Shown: positions 1 to 8,672, numbered from the stretch's first letter. The stretch is DNA of 35,926 nucleotides from Candidatus Krumholzibacteriia bacterium (GCA_046484865.1 JAWOID010000021.1:1-35926); one strand, 5' to 3'. Notes: a model not told the origin generated them from the sequence alone. Program-made: numbers and translations.

Positions 1-22
1 CAGAACGACGTGCGACGATTGG

Positions 23-406
23 GTTATTCCACGGAAATTGTTTCCGGCTCCTGCCAATGATGCCGAGCCGCCCTACACGCCGCGCAGTTCAAGTCGTGGC
101 GCCGGTTCACCTTCAGCGCCCGCGTCCTGAGCTCCCCCCGGTAGTGCTGAAGCCATCGTGGCGAACGTCTGTGAACTGAAGGTGACGCTACAGTGGAGGC
201 AGCGAAGCCTGCCGATACGTCTGGGTTCGGCGCGGCGGAGATCCGAGCCCATGGGCTTGAACCGCCAGCCTGGCTGCAAAGGATTGTGGTACTTGCAACT
301 AGGAGCCGGATAGTGGGGCGGCGCCCAGCGGGTACCGTCGAGTTCGTGATTGTCCATGCCACCCGGGTTGCAGGACCGGGGCCGGAAACATTCTTCGTGG
401 AACAAC
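23..406 (-). mobile_element. Internally deleted IS-like element (MITE-sized remnant) with terminal inverted repeats
   Basis: 23-48 GTTATTCCACGGAAATTGTTTCCGGC matches the reverse complement of 381-406 (GTTGTTCCACGAAGAATGTTTCCGGC) at 22/26. Lower GC than the flanks. Contains a zinc-ribbon transposase-like N-terminus. No clear target-site duplication. Confidence 0.6.
73..357 (-). pseudogene. Transposase-like remnant: N-terminal zinc ribbon joined out of frame to a probable C-terminal tail
   Basis: MDNH..WAPPHYPAPSCKYH..GWRFKPMGS..RLRCLHCSVTFSSQTF, then in another frame WLQHYRGELRTRALKVNRRHDL. Resembles (from recollection) the two ends of IS1-like proteins; no room for a catalytic core. Confidence 0.5.
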
Positions 407-1144
407 TTAATTCTTGAGGAAGTACTCCACCGTCGAGACCACGCGCACCGTCTTGTAAAGCTGATTCTCCTCCATGGTGCCCGGCGCCCGGTCGCGCGCC
501 TGGATCACGAACACGCCCTGGTTGGCGTTCCGGATGGCGCCCAGACGGCTCTCCGAGTCCTGGGCGAACTGCCCGGCGGCCTCGCGCGCGTTGGCGGTGG
601 CCTCGGCGAGCATGGTCGGCTTCAACTCGTTCAGACGGGTGAAGAGATAGCTGGGACCGGTGTTCGGACCCATGTGCGAACCGAGGATCACGCCGCGCTC
701 GACGAGCTGGCCGATGTCCTGGCTGGCACGCCGCACCGTCTGCGCATCCTCCGAGCGCACCATCAGGGTCTGCGTGATGATGAAACGGTTCTGCACCGGG
801 GTGTCGCCGCGCCAGGGGTTGGCGAGCTGGTCGTTCACCTGCAGCGACTGCAACGCCACCTGTTCCGCAGGGATGCCGTGCTCCTGGAGGAACTCGATCA
901 CGTTGCGCTTGCTCTGCTCGATGCCCTGCTGGGCCAGCGCCAGCTCTTCCGCGGCGGCGGAGAACGACACCGGCCAGAGAGCCACGTCCGCCTCCACCTC
1001 CCGCTCGCTCAGCCCCTTCACCGTGACGTAGCGATCGGTCCGCCGACCCTCGGCGAACCCGTGGCCCACCCACCAGCCAGCGAGGGCGACGCCCACCGCC
1101 AAGATCACGGCGGCCGGAATGCTGATCCCATCTCGCGCGTTCAT
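407..1144 (-). CDS. SIMPL domain (DUF541) protein
   Basis: N-terminal TM helix; RYVTVKGLSEREVEADVALWP; KPTMLAEATANAREAAGQFAQDS; KTVRVVSTVEY. Confidence 0.9.
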   Translation of the reverse strand: MNARDGISIPAAVILAVGVALAGWWVGHGFAEGRRTDRYVTVKGLSEREVEADVALWPVSFSAAAEELALAQQGIEQSKRNVIEFLQEHGIPAEQVALQSLQVNDQLANPWRGDTPVQNRFIITQTLMVRSEDAQTVRRASQDIGQLVERGVILGSHMGPNTGPSYLFTRLNELKPTMLAEATANAREAAGQFAQDSESRLGAIRNANQGVFVIQARDRAPGTMEENQLYKTVRVVSTVEYFLKN

Positions 1145-1207
1145 CCGGGTCCTTTCGCGATGGAACGGTGAAGGGACTGTGACGACCGCGGTGACCGGCA
1201 GTCCGGC

Positions 1208-2410
1208 TCAGGGTCGCGCGGGTGCCGCCGCGGGAAACAGGTGGCGCGTCCGCAGGCAGAATCGCACGAGCAGCAGCATCACCGGTACCTCGATCAGCAC
1301 GCCCACCACGGTGGCCAGCGCCGCGCCGGATTGCAAGCCGAAGAGGATGGTGGCGGTGGCGATGGCCACCTCGAAGTGGTTGGATGCGCCGATGAGGGCG
1401 GTGGGGGCGGCGTCCTCGTAGACGAGTCCGGCGCGGCGGGCCACCAGCCAGCCGATCGTGAAGATGAGCACGGTCTGCAGGAAGAGCGGCACCGCGATCC
1501 AGACGATGGTCAGGGGGTTGGCCACGATGACCTCGCCCTTGAAGGAGAAGAGCAGCACCAGGGTGGCCAGCAGCGCGGTGATGGTGACGGGCGTGAGCAG
1601 GTGGAGAAAGCTCTCCTCGAACCACGGACGCCCCTTGACCGCGATGATCGTCCGGCGTGACGCATAGCCCGCCGCCAGCGGCAGCGCCACGTAGATCCCG
1701 ATGGACAGCAGCAGCGCCTCCCAGGGCACCGGCAGCCGCCCCACTCCGAGCAGGAACCCGCCCAGCGGCCCGTAGAGGAAGAGCATGGCCAGCGAGTTGA
1801 TGGCCACCATGACCAGCGTGTGCCCGTCGTTGCCGCGGGCCAGGTAGCCCCACACCAGAACCATCGCGGTGCACGGCGCGATGCCCAGCAGGATGCAACC
1901 TGCCAGGTAGCTGCGCCACAGGGGCACCTCGAGCATCTTGACACCGTCCGCCAGGACCACGGTGCCCACGCCGTGGGCGGCCCCCGCGGGCAGGTCGAGG
2001 CCGAGCGGCATCTTCACCAGGTCCGTGGCGTCCGCACCGATGAGGCCGCGAAAGACGACCCCCAAAAAGAGCAGCGCGATGCCGTACATCGTGAACGGCT
2101 TCACGGCCCAGTTCAGGAGGAGCGTGATCGTCACCGGCTTGACGCTCTTGCCCGCTCGCAGCACCTCGGCGAAGTCGATCTTCACCATGATCGGGTACAT
2201 CATGAAGAACAGCGCGACTGCGATGGGGACGGAGACCACCGGCGCGCCGCCCGCGTCAAGGGTGATGCCGTCGAGGAAGTGCGCCACCCCGGGCGCCAGC
2301 CGGCCCAGCGCAATGCCCACGCCGATGCAGAGCAGCACCCAGACGGTGAGATATCGCTCGAACCAGGACAGTCCCTGGGGGCGCTTGTTCACGCAGGCTC
2401 TGGTCGGCAT
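1208..2410 (-). CDS. acr3: ACR3 family arsenite efflux transporter
   Basis: [54 protein letters not shown] motifs; adjacent to arsC. Confidence 0.95.
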   Translation of the reverse strand: MPTRACVNKRPQGLSWFERYLTVWVLLCIGVGIALGRLAPGVAHFLDGITLDAGGAPVVSVPIAVALFFMMYPIMVKIDFAEVLRAGKSVKPVTITLLLNWAVKPFTMYGIALLFLGVVFRGLIGADATDLVKMPLGLDLPAGAAHGVGTVVLADGVKMLEVPLWRSYLAGCILLGIAPCTAMVLVWGYLARGNDGHTLVMVAINSLAMLFLYGPLGGFLLGVGRLPVPWEALLLSIGIYVALPLAAGYASRRTIIAVKGRPWFEESFLHLLTPVTITALLATLVLLFSFKGEVIVANPLTIVWIAVPLFLQTVLIFTIGWLVARRAGLVYEDAAPTALIGASNHFEVAIATATILFGLQSGAALATVVGVLIEVPVMLLLVRFCLRTRHLFPAAAPARP

Positions 2411-2455
2411 CCCTGCTCTCTCCCTTTCTTCCGGAGACCCGCCGCGACGCTCGCC

Positions 2456-2902
2456 TCAGCGGCCGTTCGCGGCCGCGTCCGGCAGGGTGGCCACGAAGTC
2501 GCGGATCTCGTCCCGCACGCGGCGGTAGTGCTGCAGGGCCTCGTCCTCGCTGGCGGCGGTTCGCGCCAGACGCGGCGGATCGTCGAAGCTGCGGTGCATC
2601 ACGCGCGTGCCCCCCGGGAACACGGGACAGCTCTCGTGGGCGTGGTCGCACACCGTGACCACGAGATCGAAGGCGACATCGTGCAACTCGTCCACGTGCT
2701 TCGATCGGTGGTGGCCGATGTTCACGCCCGCTTCGCGCATGACCCGCACCGCATGCGGATCGAGGTCGCGGGTCTCGATCCCGGCCGAGTGGGCCTCGAT
2801 GACGTCTCCCTTCAGCGCCCGGGCCCAGCCCTCGGCCATCTGGCTGCGACAGGAATTCCCCGTGCAGAGGAACAGCACCTTCAGCTTGCTCCGGTCCGAC
2901 AT
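2456..2902 (-). CDS. arsC: Arsenate reductase, LMW-PTP/thioredoxin-dependent type
   Basis: VLFLCTGNSCRSQMAEG P-loop, VTVCDHAHESCP resolving cysteines, FDDP. GAAGGAG RBS before ATG 2905/2902. Confidence 0.95.
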   Translation of the reverse strand: MSDRSKLKVLFLCTGNSCRSQMAEGWARALKGDVIEAHSAGIETRDLDPHAVRVMREAGVNIGHHRSKHVDELHDVAFDLVVTVCDHAHESCPVFPGGTRVMHRSFDDPPRLARTAASEDEALQHYRRVRDEIRDFVATLPDAAANGR

Positions 2903-2922
2903 CATCTCTCCTTCCGATCGGC

Positions 2923-3411
2923 TCACCCGTCCGCGGCGAGATCGCCCAGCCAGGCTGCGATCTCCCGCACAAGGTAGGCGCGGAAGCGCTCCGGATCGTC
3001 CCAGAGGTTCCAGATCTCGTCCAGTGACCGCCATCGCGGCGGCTGCTCGCGGTTGTCCACCAGGATGAGGGCCTGCCCGGCCAGGTCGTATTCAGTCATG
3101 AAGCGCTCGTTGCCCGGCTCGTCCACATCGACGGCGCGCCACGCCAGCTGCCCCTCCAGCATCAGATCCTGGAACTCGTCGGCGGCGGTCCGTTCGGCCA
3201 GGTCCTCTATGGTCAGGCAGCCCGTGCAGCGGGTCGTGCCGTGGAAGTAGTAGAGGACGAGCGACGGCTCGGGCAAGGCATTCGCGGCAGCGGTCCCCCC
3301 GCCGGCGGAATCCTCGCTCGCGCCGATGGCCAGGGGCGCGAGGCAAGTCACGGCGAGCAGCAGGACCGAGGCCGGGGCGGCTGGACGGAACGACGGCCGC
3401 TTCATGTGCAT
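2923..3411 (-). CDS. Exported thioredoxin-fold protein, ArsF-like family
   Basis: Signal peptide, then YYFHGTTRCTGCLTIE (CxxC) and W..LDEIW. Start may be 3405. Confidence 0.75.
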   Translation of the reverse strand: MHMKRPSFRPAAPASVLLLAVTCLAPLAIGASEDSAGGGTAAANALPEPSLVLYYFHGTTRCTGCLTIEDLAERTAADEFQDLMLEGQLAWRAVDVDEPGNERFMTEYDLAGQALILVDNREQPPRWRSLDEIWNLWDDPERFRAYLVREIAAWLGDLAADG

Positions 3412-3454
3412 CTTCCCTTTCCGGCGCGAGGCGGCACCGCCCCCGCCGTGGGCC

Positions 3455-4153
3455 TCACGGGGCCACGTAGATGAGGTAGACCCCGGCCAGACAGACGAGC
3501 GCGCCGCAGATCCGTTTCACGACTCGCGTGCCGCGGGCCCGCGCGTCCCAGTCGAGATACTGCTGGATGCGGCCGGCGCTGGCGCCGGCCACGGCGATGA
3601 CCCCGCAGTGCCCGACGGCGTACGCCAGCAATAGCAGCAGTCCGAAGGCGAGCTGGGTGGCGGCGATCTTGAACGTGACCGCCAGCATGGGTGCCATGTA
3701 GGCGAAGGTGCAGGGACCCAGGGCGATCCCGAAGATCAGCCCCAGCAGGAACGCGGCCGCCGCGCCCTTGCGCCGCATTGATGTCTGCCCCGGTCCTGAC
3801 CAGGGCGCGGGAATGATGTCCATCAGGTGGAGACCCACCAGGAAGAAGACGCCGGCCACCACGTAGTTGCCCAGCGCCCCCACGTCGCCCAGCATCCGGC
3901 CGGCCGCCGCCGTCACGGCTCCCACCAGCGCGATGGTGACCAGCACCCCCAGGGCGAAGATCGACGCCAGCACGAAGGCGCGACCGGTCGTCAATCGGCC
4001 CTGGCCGTTGATGAATCCCACCACCAGCGGAATGCTGGCCAGGTGGCACGGGCTGAGCACCACGCTGAGCACGCCCCAGGCCAGCGCAGCCGCCAGCGCC
4101 ACGAGGGGCGCTCCGGCCACGGCGCGGGTGAGTCCGGCGAAGATCTCCTCCAT
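3455..4153 (-). CDS. CcdA/DsbD-beta family transmembrane thiol-disulfide electron transporter (ArsG-related)
   Basis: Multi-TM protein with the paired LSPCH and LGPCT motifs. Confidence 0.85.
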   Translation of the reverse strand: MEEIFAGLTRAVAGAPLVALAAALAWGVLSVVLSPCHLASIPLVVGFINGQGRLTTGRAFVLASIFALGVLVTIALVGAVTAAAGRMLGDVGALGNYVVAGVFFLVGLHLMDIIPAPWSGPGQTSMRRKGAAAAFLLGLIFGIALGPCTFAYMAPMLAVTFKIAATQLAFGLLLLLAYAVGHCGVIAVAGASAGRIQQYLDWDARARGTRVVKRICGALVCLAGVYLIYVAP

Positions 4154-4238
4154 GGCGCTCGACCTTTCGACATGGCTGCCCGACCGTCTCGGGCCGCGGC
4201 ACGGCGACGACCGCCTCGTGACGACCGCGCGACGAGGT

Positions 4239-4315
4239 CCGCATCAGGACGGCGGCCTCACGATGACCGCATCGCGGCGACCGCATCAGGACGGCGGCCT
4301 CACGATGATCGCATC
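4239..4315. repeat. Intergenic tandem repeat, 42-bp period
   Basis: CCGCATCAGGACGGCGGCCTCACGATGA[C/T]CGCATC at 4239-4273 and 4281-4315 (34/35 identical), with degenerate similar sequence on both sides. Confidence 0.85.
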
Positions 4316-4328
4316 CACGAAGACCGGC

Positions 4329-4868
4329 TCACGACGACGGCGGCGTCGGCTCAGCTCCGAAGTCGTAACCATGCCGCCGCCAGGTGCCCAGGATGTCCTC
4401 ACGCGAGAAGAACCCCTCGTGACGGAACAGCTCGTTCCCGGAGGCATCCATGAAGATCTGGGTGGGGATCATCCTGATGCCGTACTCCTGGGCCTTCTCC
4501 CGGTTCTTCCAGACATCGATGAAGACGACGTCGAACCGCCCTGCGTACTCCTCCTCGAGTTCCGCCAGGATCGGTGCCATCGCCTTGCAGGGGATGCATT
4601 TGTCTGCGCCCAGGTCCACCAGACGCGGCAGCGGGACCTCGGCCTGGGCCTGGTCGTCGGCGATGGCGGACGCCGGTCCGTCCTGCTCGGTCGCCTGTGT
4701 CGCCACCGGCGGCGGCAGGCGGTCCTCGCCTCCGTCGCCGGCCCGGATGGCGAACACGACCACCACGGCCGCCACCAGCCCGGCGATGACGGCCAGGCGC
4801 AGGCGCCAGCCCGGGCCACCGCTGCCGGTGGCACCGTCGTCTCGCGCTCCAGGGCGCGCGCCGCTCAC
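4329..4868 (-). CDS. Membrane-anchored thioredoxin family protein
   Basis: GTG start overlaps the upstream TGA (GTGA). TM helix, then LVDLGADKCIPCKAMAP, IPTQIF cis-Pro motif and RHEGF. This is the 3' part of ORF 4329..6131. Confidence 0.88.
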   Translation of the reverse strand: MSGARPGARDDGATGSGGPGWRLRLAVIAGLVAAVVVVFAIRAGDGGEDRLPPPVATQATEQDGPASAIADDQAQAEVPLPRLVDLGADKCIPCKAMAPILAELEEEYAGRFDVVFIDVWKNREKAQEYGIRMIPTQIFMDASGNELFRHEGFFSREDILGTWRRHGYDFGAEPTPPSS

Positions 4869-5098
4869 TGGAGCAGCTCCCGCAGATCCGCGGTCGAGGG
4901 CACCTTGCCCACCGCCTTCACCTGCCCATCCACCACGAGGGCCGGGGTGATCATGACCCCGTACTTCATGATGTCGGCCACCGCCGTGACCTTGCGCACC
5001 TCGCATGCGAGCGCCAGTTCCCGCACGGCCTCCTGCACGTTGGCGTGGAGCCGTTCGCACTTCGGGCAGCCGGGCCCCAGGATCAGCACTTCCTTCAC
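4865..5098 (-). CDS. Small thioredoxin-like redox protein, MTH895/ArsE family
   Basis: ILGPGCPKC, IMKYGVMITPALVVDG, GKVPS; 77 aa; GGAGG RBS. Confidence 0.9.
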   Translation of the reverse strand: MKEVLILGPGCPKCERLHANVQEAVRELALACEVRKVTAVADIMKYGVMITPALVVDGQVKAVGKVPSTADLRELLQ

Positions 5099-5128
5099 GG
5101 TTCCTCCTCCTTGCCTGCCGCCGACGCG

Positions 5129-6430
5129 TCAGCCGAACAGGCTCCCGAAGACCAGGCCGGTGACCGTCGCCACCGCCACGACCAGCACGATGAAGACGGC
5201 CGTCTTGCGATCGCCCACGATGCTCCGCATGACCAGGATGCTGGGCAGGGACACGGCAGGCCCGGCGAGCAGCAATGCCAGCGCCGGTCCCGCACCCATG
5301 CCTGCCCCGAGCAGGCCCTGGAGAATGGGCACTTCCGTGAGGGTGGCGAAGTACATGAATGCTCCCGCCACCGATGCGAAGAGATTCGCCGCGGCCGAGT
5401 TGCCGCCCACGGCCTGCGCCACCCACCAGGACGGGACCAGTCCCTCCTGGCCCGGCCGCCCCAGCAGCAGCCCCGCCACCAGCACGCCCAGCAGCAGCAA
5501 CGGCAGGATCTGGCGCGCGAATCCCCAGGAGGCCTCCGCCCATTCGCGCAACTCGCCACCCTCGCTCACGAGCACCACTCCCAGGACCAGAGCGGCGGTG
5601 CCGAACGCGAGCTGGGGGTCGTCGGGGCGGACGAAGGCCAGCCCGCCGGCCACGACGGCCACCAGCAGCAGCTTCCAGGCGGTCAGGCCGTACCAGATCA
5701 CGAGCACGAGGCCCAGCAACGCCGCGGCCCCGCCGGCGAGCCACCATTTCAGCCCGTGGATCGTGTGCCACCACCCGCCCACGGCGTCCGGGCGACCCCA
5801 GGTGGCGAAGATGAGCAGGGCCACCATCGGGACGAACTGCAGCACCGTCTGCCAGAGCGGACGCCCGCCATCCGGCAGCGGGATGGCCGCGTTGGCCGCG
5901 GTGCGTTCCCGCTCCCCGCGCCGGAAGATCAGGTGCATGGCGAGGCCGATCACGACGCTGAACGCCACCGCTCCCACCGCGCGGGCCACCCCGATCTCCA
6001 CCCCCAGGACGCGCGCGGTGAGGATGATGGCCAGCACGTTGATGGCGGGCCCGGCGTAGAGGAACGCCGTGGCCGGCCCGAGGCCCGCCCCCATGCGGTA
6101 GATGCCGGCGAACAGCGGCAGCACGGTGCACGAGCAGACCGCCAGCACCGTGCCGGAGACGGAAGCCACTCCGTAGGCCACCGGCTTGGGCGCCCGCGGC
6201 CCCAGGTACCGCATGACCGACGCCTGACTCACGAACACCGAGATGGCGCCGGCGATGAAGAACGCGGGCACGAGGCAGAGCACCACGTGTTCACGTGCGT
6301 ACCACCGCACCAGCCAGAGCGATTCGAAGATGGCGCTCCGCAAGCGCGGCCAGTCGAGCGGCAGGTTGAAGACCAGCAGGAACCCGGCGATCACGACGAG
6401 CAGGGGTCGCCACTCGCGCCGCCATTTCAT
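5129..6430 (-). CDS. ArsP/DUF318 family permease
   Basis: HVVLCLVPAFFIAGAI, LAVCSCTVLPLF, GPAINVLA, MYFATLTEVPI, GPAVSLPS. Confidence 0.9.
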   Translation of the reverse strand: MKWRREWRPLLVVIAGFLLVFNLPLDWPRLRSAIFESLWLVRWYAREHVVLCLVPAFFIAGAISVFVSQASVMRYLGPRAPKPVAYGVASVSGTVLAVCSCTVLPLFAGIYRMGAGLGPATAFLYAGPAINVLAIILTARVLGVEIGVARAVGAVAFSVVIGLAMHLIFRRGERERTAANAAIPLPDGGRPLWQTVLQFVPMVALLIFATWGRPDAVGGWWHTIHGLKWWLAGGAAALLGLVLVIWYGLTAWKLLLVAVVAGGLAFVRPDDPQLAFGTAALVLGVVLVSEGGELREWAEASWGFARQILPLLLLGVLVAGLLLGRPGQEGLVPSWWVAQAVGGNSAAANLFASVAGAFMYFATLTEVPILQGLLGAGMGAGPALALLLAGPAVSLPSILVMRSIVGDRKTAVFIVLVVAVATVTGLVFGSLFG

Positions 6431-6518
6431 GGCGCGCACCTCGGTTCCGCCGGAGCGGCGCCGGTCGGCGGCAGCAGCAGCGGACCACGGAAGCGCGGCG
6501 TCACGTCGCAGATCGCCG

Positions 6519-6842
6519 TCACGTTCTCGCCTCGAGGTCCCAGGTGCGGTCCCGACCGGTCACCACGGCGTCAACGCACGTGAAGAAGTCGAGCACGCAC
6601 CGAACGCGCAGCGTGTGCAACACCTGGTTGCCGCGCCTCTCCGCCGAGAGAATGCCCGCGCCGCGCAGCACGCCCAGATGGCGCGAGACGGTGGAAAGAT
6701 CGGTGCCCACCAGTTCCTGCAACTCCCCCACCGAGCGGGGACCGTCGGCCAGCGCGTCCACGATACACAGGCGCGCGGGGTGGCCGAGCGCCTTGAGGAC
6801 GCGGGCACGGGTCTCGTAGTGAGCTGGCGACTCGACCGTCAT
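6519..6842 (-). CDS. arsR: ArsR/SmtB family transcriptional repressor
   Basis: LKALGHPARLCIV..SVGEL..DLSTVSRHLGVLRGAGIL..ERRGNQV winged HTH; first gene of the ars operon. Confidence 0.88.
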   Translation of the reverse strand: MTVESPAHYETRARVLKALGHPARLCIVDALADGPRSVGELQELVGTDLSTVSRHLGVLRGAGILSAERRGNQVLHTLRVRCVLDFFTCVDAVVTGRDRTWDLEART

Positions 6843-6907
6843 CGCGACTCTCCAGCGTTCGGGGGTCGGGGTCTTGCCTGCGGACGGAGGAACCGGCGGC
6901 ACCTCGC

Positions 6908-6949
6908 TTGACCATTTGGCATAATCGCCAAATACTACGGTGAAGTCAA
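6908..6949. promoter_or_regulatory. Putative ArsR operator with overlapping divergent sigma70-like promoters
   Basis: Inverted repeat ATTTGGC-N6-GCCAAAT at 6914-6933. Minus strand TTGACT(6949-6944)-17 bp-GATTAT. Plus strand TTGACC(6908-6913)-17 bp-AATACT. AT-rich patch in GC-rich DNA. Confidence 0.7.
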
Positions 6950-7035
6950 GCGTCATGGATCGACCGTCGTGAGCACATTCTTCGATCCATGTCGTACCTT
7001 GGCGATGTCGGACGTCATCTCGACCGGGAGTCTCC

Positions 7036-8127
7036 ATGCGCCAGCGACATCGCTTCCTGCGCGACTTCGAGGCCGGCCGCCGCATCGACCTGATGCTGGT
7101 CTCGGCAGTGACGGCCGTGCTCGGGATCAGGGCCTACCTGGCGCTCAGCGGGTATCCACAGGTCGGCGGCGAATCCCTGCACATCGCGCACATGCTCTGG
7201 GGGGGGCTGCTGATGGCCGCCGGACTGCTGGTGCAGATGTCGTTCGTGAGCGGCCGCACCGTGCACCAGGTCGCCGCGATCCTGGGCGGGCTCGGGTTCG
7301 GCACCTTCATCGACGAGATCGGCAAGTTCGTGACGCGGGACAACGACTACTTCTACCAGCCCGCTGTATCGCTCATCTACGTCAGCCTGATCCTGCTCTA
7401 CCTGGCCGGCCGGTCGATCCACCGTGACCGGATCGGCACCGGCCACGAGTACCTCGCCAATGCCGTGGAAGAGGTGCTGGAGATCGCTCGCGGCGACCTC
7501 GACGAGCACGAGCAGGCGCGGGCTCTGCGCTACCTGGAGCAGAGCGGCCGCCGCGACCGGCTGGCCCGCGGACTGGCGGAGATCCTGCGCGGCGCGGACC
7601 TCGTGGAACCAGGCCGCCCGAGCCCGGTGGCACGCGGCGCCGGCTGGCTGGTGGCGCAATACCGGGCGGTGGCGGGCACGCGGACGTTCGGCCTGGTGCT
7701 GATCGTGTTCTTCAGCCTCCAGTTCCTGGCGCAGATGGTGCGGCTCTTCGCCCTGGCCGACCTGCTGCCGGCGGCCCCCGTGCGGATCATGCACGTGCCG
7801 GTGGTGAATCCCCTGCCGGCGTCGACCGACCTCTACGAGCCCTCGCACTGGCTCCAGCTCGGTTCGGGCCTGCTGGCCGGCGCCTTCGTGGCCGGTGGCA
7901 TGATCCTGCTGTTCCGCCAGCGGCTGCGGGCGCTGCGCATGTTCCAGCGCGCGGTGCTGGTGAACGTCTTCCTCACCCAGGTGTTCGTCTTCTACCGCGT
8001 GGAATGGGCGGGGCTGGTGGGCCTGGCATTCAACCTGCTGCTGTTCTTCGCCCTGCGCTTCGCGGTCGAGCGCGAGCAGCGCTGGCGGGAGGAACAGGAA
8101 CTGCGGACGAGCCGGCCGCACGTTTGA
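7036..8127 (+). CDS. Multi-pass membrane protein of unknown function
   Basis: About 8 hydrophobic segments; conserved-looking HIAHMLWGG and GFGTFIDEIGKFVTRDNDYFYQP; strong GC3 bias; GGGAG RBS. Confidence 0.8.
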   Translation: MRQRHRFLRDFEAGRRIDLMLVSAVTAVLGIRAYLALSGYPQVGGESLHIAHMLWGGLLMAAGLLVQMSFVSGRTVHQVAAILGGLGFGTFIDEIGKFVTRDNDYFYQPAVSLIYVSLILLYLAGRSIHRDRIGTGHEYLANAVEEVLEIARGDLDEHEQARALRYLEQSGRRDRLARGLAEILRGADLVEPGRPSPVARGAGWLVAQYRAVAGTRTFGLVLIVFFSLQFLAQMVRLFALADLLPAAPVRIMHVPVVNPLPASTDLYEPSHWLQLGSGLLAGAFVAGGMILLFRQRLRALRMFQRAVLVNVFLTQVFVFYRVEWAGLVGLAFNLLLFFALRFAVEREQRWREEQELRTSRPHV

Positions 8128-8257
8128 CCGAATGTCGCGCCAACGTCACGGTTGGCAGATGACGTTCCGGACGCATGTCCGCCGCCGCCGATCCCGACCG
8201 GAAGCTCGGCACCTCCCCGCCCCGGCCCGGACCAGACCCGGTCCTGAGCCTCCCGGA

Positions 8258-8488
8258 TCAGACCCGGTCCTGCGCCTCGGTCACGCCCTGCTCACCGGCG
8301 CAGTGGGCGCAGCAGAACATCGTGCCCCCGCTCTCCACGCCGTGTCCGATGATGCGCGTGCCGCAATTCTCGCAGGTGGGCGCCAGATCGTGGATGGCGC
8401 ACTCGAAGCAGTCGTAGGCGTGGGTCTCCCCGCCGCGCTTGACCTCGAAGGCCTTGTCGTAGTCGTTGCCGCAGACCTCGCAGCGCAT
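8258..8488 (-). CDS. Small Cys-rich metal-binding protein (prokaryotic metallothionein-like)
   Basis: 76 aa, 9 Cys: CEVC, CFEC, CENC, CCAHC; GGAGGGG RBS. Confidence 0.85.
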   Translation of the reverse strand: MRCEVCGNDYDKAFEVKRGGETHAYDCFECAIHDLAPTCENCGTRIIGHGVESGGTMFCCAHCAGEQGVTEAQDRV

Positions 8489-8672
8489 GATCGTCCCCTC
8501 CCGTGCATTCCGCGCCCTCCGCGCTCACGGCGCGGTGGGGCGCCCCGTCTTCGTGCACAAGCAAGCGCGATCGGCGCGATCGTCAATGCGCGGCGCCGTC
8601 GGCGGCGGGCACGAGGCTCGCGTCCGCGATCGGCCGGAAACTCGGGGAATGGCGAAGAGCCGTCCTCACGCG

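Noticed and set aside
391..406. TGTTCCACG resembling a parS site
   Set aside because: Only a half-site, not the 16-bp palindrome; better explained as part of the element's terminal inverted repeat.
4239..4315. Possible mini CRISPR array
   Set aside because: Only two good copies separated by 7 bp, no spacer-length unique sequence, and no cas genes.
2456..6842. Selenocysteine read-through in the ars redox genes
   Set aside because: All CxxC motifs are encoded by ordinary Cys codons, and the TGA stops fall at expected protein ends.
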